A DNA stretch of 61,476 nucleotides, filler included, from Chloroflexota bacterium (GTDB taxonomy: Bacteria > Chloroflexota > Chloroflexia > QHBQ01): the NCBI GenBank assembly GCA_043754535.1. It is 4 parts of 4 records of this genome, joined end to end, with 100 filler letters (N's around TTAATTAATTAA, not from the genome) between each part and the next. Parts side by side here need not be neighbours in the genome. Positions count along the whole stretch, not along the records: positions 1 to 15,743 come from JAYUUN010000034.1; 3 more parts are not named here. One strand, written 5' to 3'. The notes under the pieces are model-generated. The model searched no databases. It was not told the DNA's origin and saw only the letters and a list, made by a program, of their open reading frames with translations. Position 1 is the first letter of the stretch. The number at the start of each line of letters is the position of its first letter. This document shows positions 1 to 8,813 of the stretch, piece by piece. Position numbers and translations under genes: made by a program.

Positions 1-146
1 AGCACGTCGCCGTAGCGTTTGCCGACCGTGCGCGACGAGCCGCTGACTGCCCGCACCGCAAACCAGGGGTGGCCGCGCAGCAGACGCACGATGCGTGAAC
101 CTACCAACCCGGTCGCTCCTAGAACGCCGACCCCAATCCGATCCAT
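1..146 (-). CDS. asd: Aspartate-semialdehyde dehydrogenase, N-terminal part (runs off window)
   Basis: Not in ORF track; manual translation from ATG at 146: MDRIGVGVLGATGLVGSRIVRLLRGHPWFAVRAVSGSSRTVGKRYGDV = Rossmann GATG motif and HPWF of archaeal/fungal-type Asd; GAAGGAG RBS; overlaps end of aspartate kinase gene. Confidence 0.9.
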   Translation of the reverse strand, partial: MDRIGVGVLGATGLVGSRIVRLLRGHPWFAVRAVSGSSRTVGKRYGDV

Positions 147-1261
147 GGTCTTGCTCCTTCCTGGGCGATGCTCTCCCCCTGCGGTGCGACGCGGGCTGCG
201 TCGGCGAAGTAGCCTGCATTGTCCAGGCAATGTACCTTGTGCAGCAGGCGCATCGCCTCCGCCGACTGTTGGCCCTCGACCAGGTAGGTGAGCCGCAGCG
301 GCGAACCCTCGACGGGGATCGCCTCAATCCCCTGGCGGCGCAGGCTGGCGCGGGAGATCACATCCACCCGCTGCGACTCGCCCACGCCCAGGCCGACGAG
401 AGAGATGCGATCTTCCTCGCTGCCCACCCCGTCCTGCGGGTTGTACTTGAGACGGGCGACCCCCCGCACTAGCGTGTCGCGCTGCGGTTCGCTACTCTCT
501 GGCACCGCCACTGCTGCTTGCACATGAGCAACCAGGGTGCCGGGGTGGTTATTGAAGCTGGAGCGCACTAGGATAGGCAGGTTGTATTGCAGACCAACCC
601 GCACAGCACGGGGGTGCAACACGCTAGCTCCGTGGGCCGCCAACTCCAACATCTCGGCGTAGCTGATCCGCCCGATGCGGTCGGCCCGATGGACGATGCG
701 CGGGTCTGCGGTATACACGCCATCTACGTCGGTGTAGATTTCGCACCAGTCGGCGTGCAGGGCAGCCGCCAGGGCGACGGCGGTGGTGTCGCTCCCCCCT
801 CGGCCCAGGGTGTTGATCTCGCCCGGCTGACCAACGGCGCAGCCCTGGAAGCCTGCCACGATGGGGATGAAGCCGTGTTCGATATCGCGCAGAACCTGCC
901 GCTCGTCAATCGCTGCGATCTCTGCATTGCCATAGTTGCCGTCGGTGTGGATACCTGCCTGGGGGCCGGTCAGGGCGCGGGCAGGCAGGTCGAGGTGCTG
1001 CATCGCCAGGCTGAGCAGCGCGCAGGAGACGATCTCGCCGGTGGAGAGCAACAAGTCTATCTCGCGCCGTGCCTGTTCAAGCGTGCCATTCAACTGGCCC
1101 GCCAACTCAAGCAACTCGTCGGTAGTGTCGCCCATCGCCGAGACAACGACGGCGACCTGATGCCCCGCCTGCACCGTAGCTGCCACCCGCAGCGCGACGG
1201 CGCGGATGCGGCCCACGTTCGCCACCGAGCTACCGCCATATTTCTGAACGATTAGTGCCAT
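119..1261 (-). CDS. lysC: Aspartate kinase
   Basis: MALIVQKYGGSSV, VVVSAMGDTTDELL, TLGRGGSDTTA, IYTDVDGVYTADPR motifs; AGGAGG RBS; shortened ACT region. Confidence 0.97.
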   Translation of the reverse strand: MALIVQKYGGSSVANVGRIRAVALRVAATVQAGHQVAVVVSAMGDTTDELLELAGQLNGTLEQARREIDLLLSTGEIVSCALLSLAMQHLDLPARALTGPQAGIHTDGNYGNAEIAAIDERQVLRDIEHGFIPIVAGFQGCAVGQPGEINTLGRGGSDTTAVALAAALHADWCEIYTDVDGVYTADPRIVHRADRIGRISYAEMLELAAHGASVLHPRAVRVGLQYNLPILVRSSFNNHPGTLVAHVQAAVAVPESSEPQRDTLVRGVARLKYNPQDGVGSEEDRISLVGLGVGESQRVDVISRASLRRQGIEAIPVEGSPLRLTYLVEGQQSAEAMRLLHKVHCLDNAGYFADAARVAPQGESIAQEGARPWIGLGSAF

Positions 1262-1279
1262 CGCTTACCCCTCCTGGTT

Positions 1280-1316
1280 AAAAAAAGCCCCGTCCCTATC
1301 AATTGAGGGACGAGGC
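1280..1316 (-). terminator. Intrinsic terminator of T-box leader
   Basis: GCCTCGTCCCT-caattgat-AGGGACGGGGC followed by T7. Confidence 0.9.
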
Positions 1317-1630
1317 TGTAATAGCATCGTGTTTTCCACCCTGACTCGTAGCCGCCTTGCAGCAGCTAGCCTCAGCAGGTCAGTCCCGTAGCCCTGGCCC
1401 TGGTGGGAGCAGAGCATTGCGGGTTGTGACCCAGGCCCAGATAACGAAGGCCGATCCGTCCACCTTTACTGGGCAGCCGATCCTTGCCGTCGCGCCGACG
1501 CGACCAGATAGCGATGCCGTTCAGAGTAGCCGCTCCGAGGTGGTATTTCGTTCGCCCTAACTACCGCCCTTGCACTATCGGCGGCTCGCTGCCAGTCTAG
1601 CGAAACGTACTCGTCCTCATCTGCGCGTTT
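1280..1630 (-). promoter_or_regulatory. T-box leader RNA, predicted Thr specificity (ACC specifier)
   Basis: Minus strand: stem I GATGAGGACGAGTA...AGCGAG...TGCAAG...GAAAT-ACC-A-CCTCGGAGC (ACC at 1544-1542); stem II GAA/AGTA; CGTTA box; T-box AGGGTGGAAAACACG (1342-1328) pairing with CGTCCCT; terminator hairpin plus U-tract. Confidence 0.92.
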
Positions 1631-1662
1631 AGAGGTTTGTGCTGGAAAGCTATCCCCTAAAC

Positions 1663-1690
1663 AAAAAACCGCTCTCTGGTTAGGAGGCGG
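1663..1690 (-). terminator. Intrinsic terminator of the SAM-I expression platform
   Basis: CCGCCTC-ctaacca-GAGAGCGG-TTTTTT; 3' arm AGAGCG is complementary to CGCTCT at the 5' side of P1 (antiterminator). Confidence 0.8.
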
Positions 1691-1733
1691 CTAGCGTTCA
1701 GGTATAGCAAAGGTACCTGGCAGTTACTCGCTT

Positions 1734-1846
1734 CCCTTATCTTACCCCTTGCGGGGTCGGAATTGGCACCTGGACTCCAGGCGGCACTGCCTGGGTCTGG
1801 TTGTCGGGTTTCATCGGGCCGGTTCCCTCCACCCTCTTGATAAGAG
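1734..1846 (-). promoter_or_regulatory. SAM-I (S-box) riboswitch aptamer
   Basis: Minus strand CTCTTATCAAGAG-GGTGGAGGGA-ACCGGCCCGATGAAACCCGACAACC...GGTGCCAATTCC...AAGATAAGGG matches the SAM-I consensus throughout. Confidence 0.96.
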
Positions 1847-1871
1847 CGCAACTTCATATTAACTTGCGCGC

Positions 1872-1901
1872 ATTATAGCACAGGCGGTAGCCCCTTGTCA
1901 A
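1872..1901 (-). promoter_or_regulatory. Sigma70-type promoter of SAM-I/T-box/ask-asd transcript
   Basis: TTGACA-18 nt-TATAAT with TG extension. Confidence 0.85.
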
Positions 1902-1923
1902 GGACAGTTTAGCAGCTACCTGT

Positions 1924-4440
1924 TCAAGGCGATTGCGCTCGCAAGCTAGCTGCACCCGGTACCGCACTGGCTGCCGCCCCTACCACTCCTTCGTTGCCGA
2001 AGCTGTCCACTGGCACAACGGCGAAGTAGTAGCTGTTGCCGTTGAGCAGCGGTTGCGGTGACTTGCCACTATGCCAGGCTAGCAACTTGACCCGCGTTTG
2101 CTGGGCCACTGCGTCTAGCTCGACTACTGGGGAGAGGCTGGCAGTGTTGGTGATCTGCTGCTGGCTGGCGTAGATGCGGTAGGCCACTGTACTCGGCGCG
2201 GGGCGATAGGTGTGCCAGTCAAGCTGGATCGTGCCACTGATAGCCGCGTCGCTAGCGAGGGGCGAGACCGGTGGCTGGGCCGCCAGCCTGCGCTCGACCC
2301 TGATCAGCAACGGTTCACCAACGCTTAGTTGCTGACCCACCTCTGGTAGCAGCAGGCCCACCCGCAGGCTAGCGATCTGGCGCAAGTCAACGTGCCGCTC
2401 CAGCCGCGTCGTCGCCTCTTTCAGCGGCAAGACTAGCTGGGTGGCGCGGCCTTGCAGCAAGGTAGCCTGCCAGTTGTAGGAGGTGCCGCCCGCCTCGGCA
2501 ATGTTGACGCGCACCTGCGCCTGCTGCCCACTGCTGCGCGGGTCTGTGACCGTCAGCAGCAGGTAGTCGTAGCCAGACCAGTCGGTAATCGCAGCGGTGC
2601 GCTGGACGAAGGCCCAGGAGTAGCCCGCCACACTGCCAGTTGCGCCGCTGAATTGCAGGGTGCCGCTGACCATTACGCTGGCGGGTGGATCGGCCTGCCA
2701 GATACCAGTGACCGCTGAGGAGCCTGTTGTCTGGCGCAAGTAGAAAGGTTGTGGCACACTGTAGGCTTCTTCGTCACTGCGTTGGTCGTCCTTGCCGACC
2801 GCCCGTACCCGCCAGTAGCCGCGCCCACCCTCGTAATTAGAAAGAGGCAGGCTAGCGAGTTGGCTAGCAGTGGTGGTGATTGCTACAGGCTGGGCGAAGT
2901 CTGGGGTCTGCGCGACTTGCACGACGTAGCGACTTGCGCCCGCCAGCGGCTGCCAGGCGGCAGGGTGGGGTGCATCGCGCCGCAAGTCTGCGCTGAACAA
3001 GGTTGCGTTGTAGGCGGGTGCTAGCGGCTGTGGCCTGCCGATCCTCTCCGCCCGACCGCGCCGTAGCTGGTACACACCCTCGTTGACGCTGGAAACCTGC
3101 TGCACGAAGTCGGCGTAGGGTTGGTCGCTGGCCGTCACCAGCCCCCAGTTGTTGCTCTGCTCAGGCCGCTTGCCAATAGCAGGGTCGTCGGCGTAAGGGA
3201 ACCAATGCACGCCAACCACAAACGGACGCTGCAAGGCGGCGGCGATGAAGGTGCGGTAGGCAGCGGCGCGGGTGCGCTGGTCGGGAGCGACGGCACCAGG
3301 GGCGGGGAAGGCGTTGGGCAGGCCGCTGTCTGCTGCCCGCGCCGTGAACTCGGTGATCAGCACGGGTTTGCCACTCCACGCCCCGATCTCGTCCACAAAG
3401 CTGAGGTCGGGGTTGCTAAAGTCGCGCACGTAGAGGTTGATCGTCATCACGTCTACGTAGGGGATCGCCCCTTCGATGATCGAGCGGAAGGGCTGCGAGG
3501 GCAGCCAGCGGCAACCGAGGATCAGGTGGTTGGGGTCGCGGGCGCGCACGGCTGCACTCGTCGTCTTGAAGTAGCGGTCGGAGACTACTTTGAGGAAGCT
3601 GTCCTTGTCTGGCAGCGAGCCAGTGTAGGTGATGCTCTGGGCGGCCAGCAGGCTGGCAGGTCCGTCTCGGAAGCTGGCATAGCTGCTGCCCCAGGCTGCG
3701 TTCAGCCCCGCCACAGTGCCATACCTACCCGCCAAATGGCTGACCCAGGCCAGCTTGCTGCTGTTGGTGATCGGCTGCGCGATGATGTTCTCCACCACCG
3801 TGTTGTGCGGCGTGTCGTAGTAGACCCCATCCTTGTACCACCAGAGTTCGTTGTCCAGGTAGTAGCCAAGCAACCAGGGGTCTTGCACGTCTGCCGCACT
3901 GATTTTGGCGGCCACCTGCTGGCGAATGTGCCGCTCCCAGGCGGGGTCGAACACGTCTGGGAAGACCCAGTTGACGCGGCTAGGGGTGTCACCAACCAGC
4001 TTGAGCAGGCGGGTGTGGGGGAGACCACGCTGCTCCATGCGCTGGTCGCTCCACGCACCAACCGTGTTGAAGTGCCAACTTTGCAGGCGGGTCGCCGTCG
4101 TCTGCGCCCAGGCTTGCGGGTCGGCGTAGCTACGGCTGGCGTAGCTGGCGTAGCCGTCGGCAGTGTCCAGGCCGAACGTACTGCTGATCGAGTTCACACC
4201 GAGCGAGTAGAAGGCGTGGCCGCTGGGCGTGACTAGCCACCAACGATCCCCCTGCTGCGCCGTGCGGAAGTAGCCGGGAGCGGCGGTCAGCTTGAGGCCA
4301 GCGTCGCCGCCGTACTGATCCAGGGTGGAGGGAACAGGCAGCGACCTGGTGGCGGGCCGCTCCAGGGCGAACGAAGCCCCGCTTGCCAGCAGGATGGCAG
4401 CGACAAGGGCAAGAGCAAGATAGGGGCGAATACGTGGCAT
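1924..4440 (-). CDS. Secreted glycoside hydrolase, GH50/beta-agarase-like, with C-terminal Ig/Fn3-like domains
   Basis: Signal peptide; RWWLVTPSGH, FNTVGAWSD, FPDVFDPAW, DPWLLGYYLDNEL, GKPVLITEF, VVGVHWF motifs. Confidence 0.8.
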   Translation of the reverse strand: MPRIRPYLALALVAAILLASGASFALERPATRSLPVPSTLDQYGGDAGLKLTAAPGYFRTAQQGDRWWLVTPSGHAFYSLGVNSISSTFGLDTADGYASYASRSYADPQAWAQTTATRLQSWHFNTVGAWSDQRMEQRGLPHTRLLKLVGDTPSRVNWVFPDVFDPAWERHIRQQVAAKISAADVQDPWLLGYYLDNELWWYKDGVYYDTPHNTVVENIIAQPITNSSKLAWVSHLAGRYGTVAGLNAAWGSSYASFRDGPASLLAAQSITYTGSLPDKDSFLKVVSDRYFKTTSAAVRARDPNHLILGCRWLPSQPFRSIIEGAIPYVDVMTINLYVRDFSNPDLSFVDEIGAWSGKPVLITEFTARAADSGLPNAFPAPGAVAPDQRTRAAAYRTFIAAALQRPFVVGVHWFPYADDPAIGKRPEQSNNWGLVTASDQPYADFVQQVSSVNEGVYQLRRGRAERIGRPQPLAPAYNATLFSADLRRDAPHPAAWQPLAGASRYVVQVAQTPDFAQPVAITTTASQLASLPLSNYEGGRGYWRVRAVGKDDQRSDEEAYSVPQPFYLRQTTGSSAVTGIWQADPPASVMVSGTLQFSGATGSVAGYSWAFVQRTAAITDWSGYDYLLLTVTDPRSSGQQAQVRVNIAEAGGTSYNWQATLLQGRATQLVLPLKEATTRLERHVDLRQIASLRVGLLLPEVGQQLSVGEPLLIRVERRLAAQPPVSPLASDAAISGTIQLDWHTYRPAPSTVAYRIYASQQQITNTASLSPVVELDAVAQQTRVKLLAWHSGKSPQPLLNGNSYYFAVVPVDSFGNEGVVGAAASAVPGAASLRAQSP

Positions 4441-4543
4441 GGCGACTCCCTCAAGTTGGTAGGGCTGTGTTATAATATAGGCACCATGCGCCGCGTTGCT
4501 TCAGCCTCCGAAGCAAACGGGGCAAAGATGACTATCTGGAGGG

Positions 4544-6703
4544 ATGAAACCCAATTTGCTAGACAAGCTAAAGCGGCAGATGGCGGCTGTGCTGCTGATG
4601 GTATCGCTGGCGGCAGTTATCGCCTTGCTGGGTGGGGGCTTGCCCTCCCGCTATCTGGTGGACATTGGCGGGGCTGATGGCTCCTACGTAGGCGGCATGG
4701 CCCTGCCCACCTTCGCGGGCGACAAGCGCGAGATCAGCTACCGCCTGACGGGGCCGCAAAGCAGCCTGCGCTTCCCCGGCTGGCGTGGCCCGGCCACCCT
4801 CGCCCTCTACGCCTACTTCGACCCGACTCAGACTGCGCCGCCGACGGAGGTTCTCACCCTCACCGTCGCGGTTGAGGGGCGGGTAGCTGGGGTGCAAACG
4901 ATAATACGAGGCTGGAACTGGTATACCTACACGCTAGCCAACGCAGGCGACCAGATCGCCCTGACCACGCCAGTGCTGACCGACGTAACCGGGATGTACC
5001 AGGTTGGCGTTGCACTCGACCTGGCCCTCCTGCAAACAGAAGCACCCGTGCAGCGGTTCGACCTCTGGCCCACCCTTGCGCTGCTGCTGATCGCGGGATT
5101 GGCGGGCTATCTGCTGGCGCGGCTGCCAACGCGGGTGGCGGTTGCCGGTGGGGGGCTGGTGCTGCTGGGGCTGGCAGGGGCGTACATCTTCAGCCCCCGC
5201 CTGTTCATCCTCTATGCTGCCAGCTTGCTGATCGTGCTGTTCGCTTGCGGGCTGTTGTTGCGCTGGCAGAGGCCAGTGGGCAGGCTGGGTGGCTGGCTGT
5301 TCCTCAGCTTCTTGCTCACCTACCTGTTCTTTGTCAACGGTCAGATTTCGTCGGACGACGACCGCATCAAGCACGCGACTACGCTGGCGGTCACCCACCT
5401 CGACTTCAAGCTGGACGGCCCGATCCTCGGCACTTACTACAGCAAGTATGGCATCGGCCACAGCCTGGCTGAACTACCGCTGCTGCTCCCCCTGCGGTTG
5501 GCGGATGCGGTTAGCGGCGGCAACCTACCCTATCTACACAAACTGAGTGTGCTGCTGCTCAACCCGATCATCGGCGCACTAACCGCCTGGCTGCTCTACC
5601 TCACGGCGCGCCGCCTCTACGCCAACGACCGACTGGCCCTGGCCGTCGCCCTAATCGGTGGGCTGACCACGATCAGCGCGGCCTACGCCCTACTCACCTA
5701 CAGCGAGACCCTACTTAGCTGCCTGCTACTACTCACCTTCTACGCTTTCCTGCGCCACTTTGAGGTGGCAGAGCGTGACTGGCGGTGGTTGGCAGTGGCA
5801 GGGGTCGCCCTCGCCGCCCTGATCGTGACCAAGCAGGAGTACGTGCTGGCGGGAGTGGTAGCGGGCTGCTGGTGGCTGCTGCGGAGCCTGCGGGCGCAGG
5901 GTTGGCGGGCGGGGCTGCGGTTGCTGGGCAAGGGGCTGCTGCTGGCTGGGCCGATAGCGGCGGCGGTTGCCTGGCTACTGATCTACAACAAGATACGCAG
6001 TGGCAGCTTCGGCAGTTCAGGCTACGGCGCTATTGGCTTGCTGCTACCCCCCATCGGGAAGTGGCTGAACGGACTCTACGGGATGTTCCTCAGCAGCGGC
6101 AAGAGCATCTTTCTCTACTCCCCTCCGTTGCTGCTGCTCCCCTGGGCGATCAGCCGCTTCTGGCGCAGGTGGCCGTGGGAGGCCGGGCTGATCCTCAGCC
6201 TCAGCGGGCTGCTGGTACTGTTCTACTGCCGCATCAACTTCTGGAGCGGTGACCTGTCGTGGGGGGCGCGCTATCTTGTGCCACTCACGCCCCTACTGGT
6301 GCTGCCACTAGGCGCACTGTTGCAGGGCTATGGAGATTGGGCGCGGGCGCAGAAGGTCGGACTGGCGGGGCTGCTGGGTGCAGGGCTGGCGGTACAGGGT
6401 CTGTCGGCGGTTGGTAGCTTCTCGGTCGCCTTCTTCTATCAGTACAAGGACAGCAGTGCAGGCAACTACACCGACTGGCAGTACATCCCTGCCCACAACC
6501 CCTTGCTCGCCCAGCTCCAGGTAATCCTCAACGGTGAGTACAACATCCCGTTTAGCAGCCAGCTAAGTAGCTTCGGCCTACCTGCCTTGCTCGATTATCT
6601 GCTGCCGGGGCTACTAGTGGCAGGCATCATCCTGGCCTGGCGGCAGGTCTGGCGGTGGCAACTACAAGCAGTTGATGGGCCTGCCTGGCGAGCAAAAGGG
6701 TGA
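4544..6703 (+). CDS. Polytopic membrane glycosyltransferase (GT-C/ArnT-PMT-like)
   Basis: Many TM segments; SSDD loop, YYSKYGIGHS, SSGKSIFLYSP, WGARYLVP motifs. Confidence 0.7.
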   Translation: MKPNLLDKLKRQMAAVLLMVSLAAVIALLGGGLPSRYLVDIGGADGSYVGGMALPTFAGDKREISYRLTGPQSSLRFPGWRGPATLALYAYFDPTQTAPPTEVLTLTVAVEGRVAGVQTIIRGWNWYTYTLANAGDQIALTTPVLTDVTGMYQVGVALDLALLQTEAPVQRFDLWPTLALLLIAGLAGYLLARLPTRVAVAGGGLVLLGLAGAYIFSPRLFILYAASLLIVLFACGLLLRWQRPVGRLGGWLFLSFLLTYLFFVNGQISSDDDRIKHATTLAVTHLDFKLDGPILGTYYSKYGIGHSLAELPLLLPLRLADAVSGGNLPYLHKLSVLLLNPIIGALTAWLLYLTARRLYANDRLALAVALIGGLTTISAAYALLTYSETLLSCLLLLTFYAFLRHFEVAERDWRWLAVAGVALAALIVTKQEYVLAGVVAGCWWLLRSLRAQGWRAGLRLLGKGLLLAGPIAAAVAWLLIYNKIRSGSFGSSGYGAIGLLLPPIGKWLNGLYGMFLSSGKSIFLYSPPLLLLPWAISRFWRRWPWEAGLILSLSGLLVLFYCRINFWSGDLSWGARYLVPLTPLLVLPLGALLQGYGDWARAQKVGLAGLLGAGLAVQGLSAVGSFSVAFFYQYKDSSAGNYTDWQYIPAHNPLLAQLQVILNGEYNIPFSSQLSSFGLPALLDYLLPGLLVAGIILAWRQVWRWQLQAVDGPAWRAKG

Positions 6704-6706
6704 GCC

Positions 6707-7219
6707 TTACTTGCCGTTACCATTGCCATTGGTGGTGGCAAGTGGCGCAAAGGTAGCAAGGGCTGTGCTGCTGGGCATCAGTTCCTCAGCGGCGGCATCA
6801 TCCTTCATCGTGCTTTGGCCGCGGAACAGGCCGCCCTCCTCGATCAGCAAGCTGGCAACCGTAATGTCGCCCCAAACCTTGCCGCTGGCGACAATCTCCA
6901 GCCGATGGGTGGCGGTGACGTTGCCCCGAATCTGGCCCGCAACCATCACGTTCTGGGCAGTGATGGTCGCAACCACCTTGCCACTGCGCCCCACGATCAC
7001 GTTGCCAGCAGTGTAGACTTCACCCTCTACCATGCCCTCGATGCGGATCGTGCCTTCAGCCCGCAGGTTGCCGTGGATGCTAGTGCTAGCTCCCACCAGC
7101 GTCTCCGCCTTCTCCTCAACCATATTGCTGGGCGGCAAGGTCAATGCACCAGTAATCTGGCGCGGGGGGTTCGTCACCTGCTGATTGTTGTTGCCACTGT
7201 TGTTGCGAAAGACTGCCAT
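6707..7219 (-). CDS. Bactofilin (polymer-forming cytoskeletal protein)
   Basis: TLVGASTSIHGNL...IRIEGMVEGEV...VWGDI...LLIEEGGLFRG beta-helix. Confidence 0.95.
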   Translation of the reverse strand: MAVFRNNSGNNNQQVTNPPRQITGALTLPPSNMVEEKAETLVGASTSIHGNLRAEGTIRIEGMVEGEVYTAGNVIVGRSGKVVATITAQNVMVAGQIRGNVTATHRLEIVASGKVWGDITVASLLIEEGGLFRGQSTMKDDAAAEELMPSSTALATFAPLATTNGNGNGK

Positions 7220-7304
7220 TGCCTACTGCTCCTCTCACCTTAGCTGCACCAAAGAGGCTGGTGCAGAAGACCTACATGGTAATGCTGGCCCGTATTATAC
7301 CAGA

Positions 7305-8582
7305 TCAGCGGCGGAAGCGCATTGGGTTGAGCGCAACGTGGTCGCCGTTGTAAACGCCGTAGTGGATATGGGGGCCAGTAGACATCCCGGTGCTGCCGCT
7401 GCGGGCCAGCAGATCGCCGCGCTCGACCAAATCGCCGCGCTTGACTAGCAGGCGCGAGTTGTGGGCATAGAGGCTGGTGTAGCCGCTGGGATGGTAGACG
7501 CGCACCACACGACCATAGCTGTCATCCCAAGCTGCGTAGATCACCACGCCGTTGCCAGTTGCGTAGACAGGGGTGCCGGTATCCACCACAATGTCTACGC
7601 CAGGATGGAAGCCCACCTTGCTGCTGTCCCAGGGTGACCTGCGCCAGCCGAAGTACGAACTGACCTCGCCAGCAGAGGGGAAGCCGTGCGGGGTGTTGTC
7701 AAGAGCGTACTGACGAGCAAGGGCGGCTGCGGCAGCGTCGTTCTCGTCCTTGCGCGCCTTCTCTATGGCCCGCGCCTGGGCCTTCACCTGCTCTGCCTGC
7801 GCCCGCGCCTCGGCTTCCTGGCGCAAGGTCGCATCGGCCTCAGCCACCGCCGCCTCGGACTGCTGACCAGCCAGCATATCTACAGAGAAAACCATCATAT
7901 CGCTAAGTTGCTGGCTGGTCTGCTCTGCTTCGTTGCTCAGGCTGGCAAGCCAGACCTGATAGCTGTTCGCTTCCTGGCGATAGTTGCTGGCAAGGTCGTC
8001 TAGCGGAGCCGCTTCTACCTTGCTGTAGCCAGCCTGCGCCAGCGTGTAAGCGGGCTGGAAGCTCTGCGGCGTAGCAGAGGGGGGGGTTGGAGCAGGGGCG
8101 GGGGGGTTGATCTGGCCGCCCTGCGGGTCGCTGCTTGGCCCACCCTGAAGCAGGTCGCCCAGTTGCTTGCTCATCACCTTCAACTGATTTAGCTGACCTT
8201 CGAGGCTGCTGATCTGCTCTTTGAGGGCTGCCAGCTTGCGCTGTTCCGCTTCGAGGGTGCCGCCAGCGGTCGCCAACTGGCGTTGCTGGGTCTCTACCAC
8301 TGAGTTGAGACCACGTTCGCGTTCCTGCACCAGTTGGTGGCTGGCCGCCCCCTGCTGAAGCTGGTTCTGCAAGGCAGCGTTCTGCTGGTAGAGGGCGTAG
8401 AGGCCGCCACCAACCAGGAGCAGCAGCGCGGCAGCACCAGCCACCGCCAGCCGCCCCAGGTGCAGGGTGATCGGCTTGCCGCTGCGCCCAGCGATCAGCA
8501 CCAGGGTGAGGCCACGCCGTTCGCTGCGGGCCGCTTCACCGTTAAGGTCGCTCAGTTTGTGTAGCCGCGCCGTGTTTCGCAA
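7305..8582 (-). CDS. Membrane-anchored coiled-coil M23 metallopeptidase
   Basis: TM helix, coiled coil, HPGVD / YAHNS / STGPHIHY motifs; start moved to TTG 8582 (GAAGGA RBS) because ORF-track start 8648 lies in the -10 box. Confidence 0.92.
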   Translation of the reverse strand: MRNTARLHKLSDLNGEAARSERRGLTLVLIAGRSGKPITLHLGRLAVAGAAALLLLVGGGLYALYQQNAALQNQLQQGAASHQLVQERERGLNSVVETQQRQLATAGGTLEAEQRKLAALKEQISSLEGQLNQLKVMSKQLGDLLQGGPSSDPQGGQINPPAPAPTPPSATPQSFQPAYTLAQAGYSKVEAAPLDDLASNYRQEANSYQVWLASLSNEAEQTSQQLSDMMVFSVDMLAGQQSEAAVAEADATLRQEAEARAQAEQVKAQARAIEKARKDENDAAAAALARQYALDNTPHGFPSAGEVSSYFGWRRSPWDSSKVGFHPGVDIVVDTGTPVYATGNGVVIYAAWDDSYGRVVRVYHPSGYTSLYAHNSRLLVKRGDLVERGDLLARSGSTGMSTGPHIHYGVYNGDHVALNPMRFRR

Positions 8583-8646
8583 GCTAGGTTTCCTTCGACT
8601 TGAGGCGGGCAAGCAACATTCGCCGCTCGCGGTTGGTTCTATGTCC

Positions 8647-8676
8647 AATATAAGGCAAGTAGCCCCTTATTGTCAA
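8647..8676 (-). promoter_or_regulatory. Sigma70-type promoter for M23-bactofilin genes
   Basis: TTGACA-18 nt-TATATT; overlapped by direct repeat CAAGTAGCCCC (8656-8666, 8674-8684). Confidence 0.6.
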
Positions 8677-8813
8677 GTAGCCCCGCCAAATGTACTACCC
8701 ACTAGCAGCTAATAGTACCCCCAGCACTGACTTGGCAGGATTTAAGTTGCGAAATCGTGTGGTTTTCTGCTACAATGTTAGGACAGCAACCGTGTAAGTG
8801 GAAGGAACAGAGG

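Noticed and set aside
1657..1857. 66 aa ORF as leader peptide
   Set aside because: Coincides with the SAM-I aptamer and terminator, which explain the sequence
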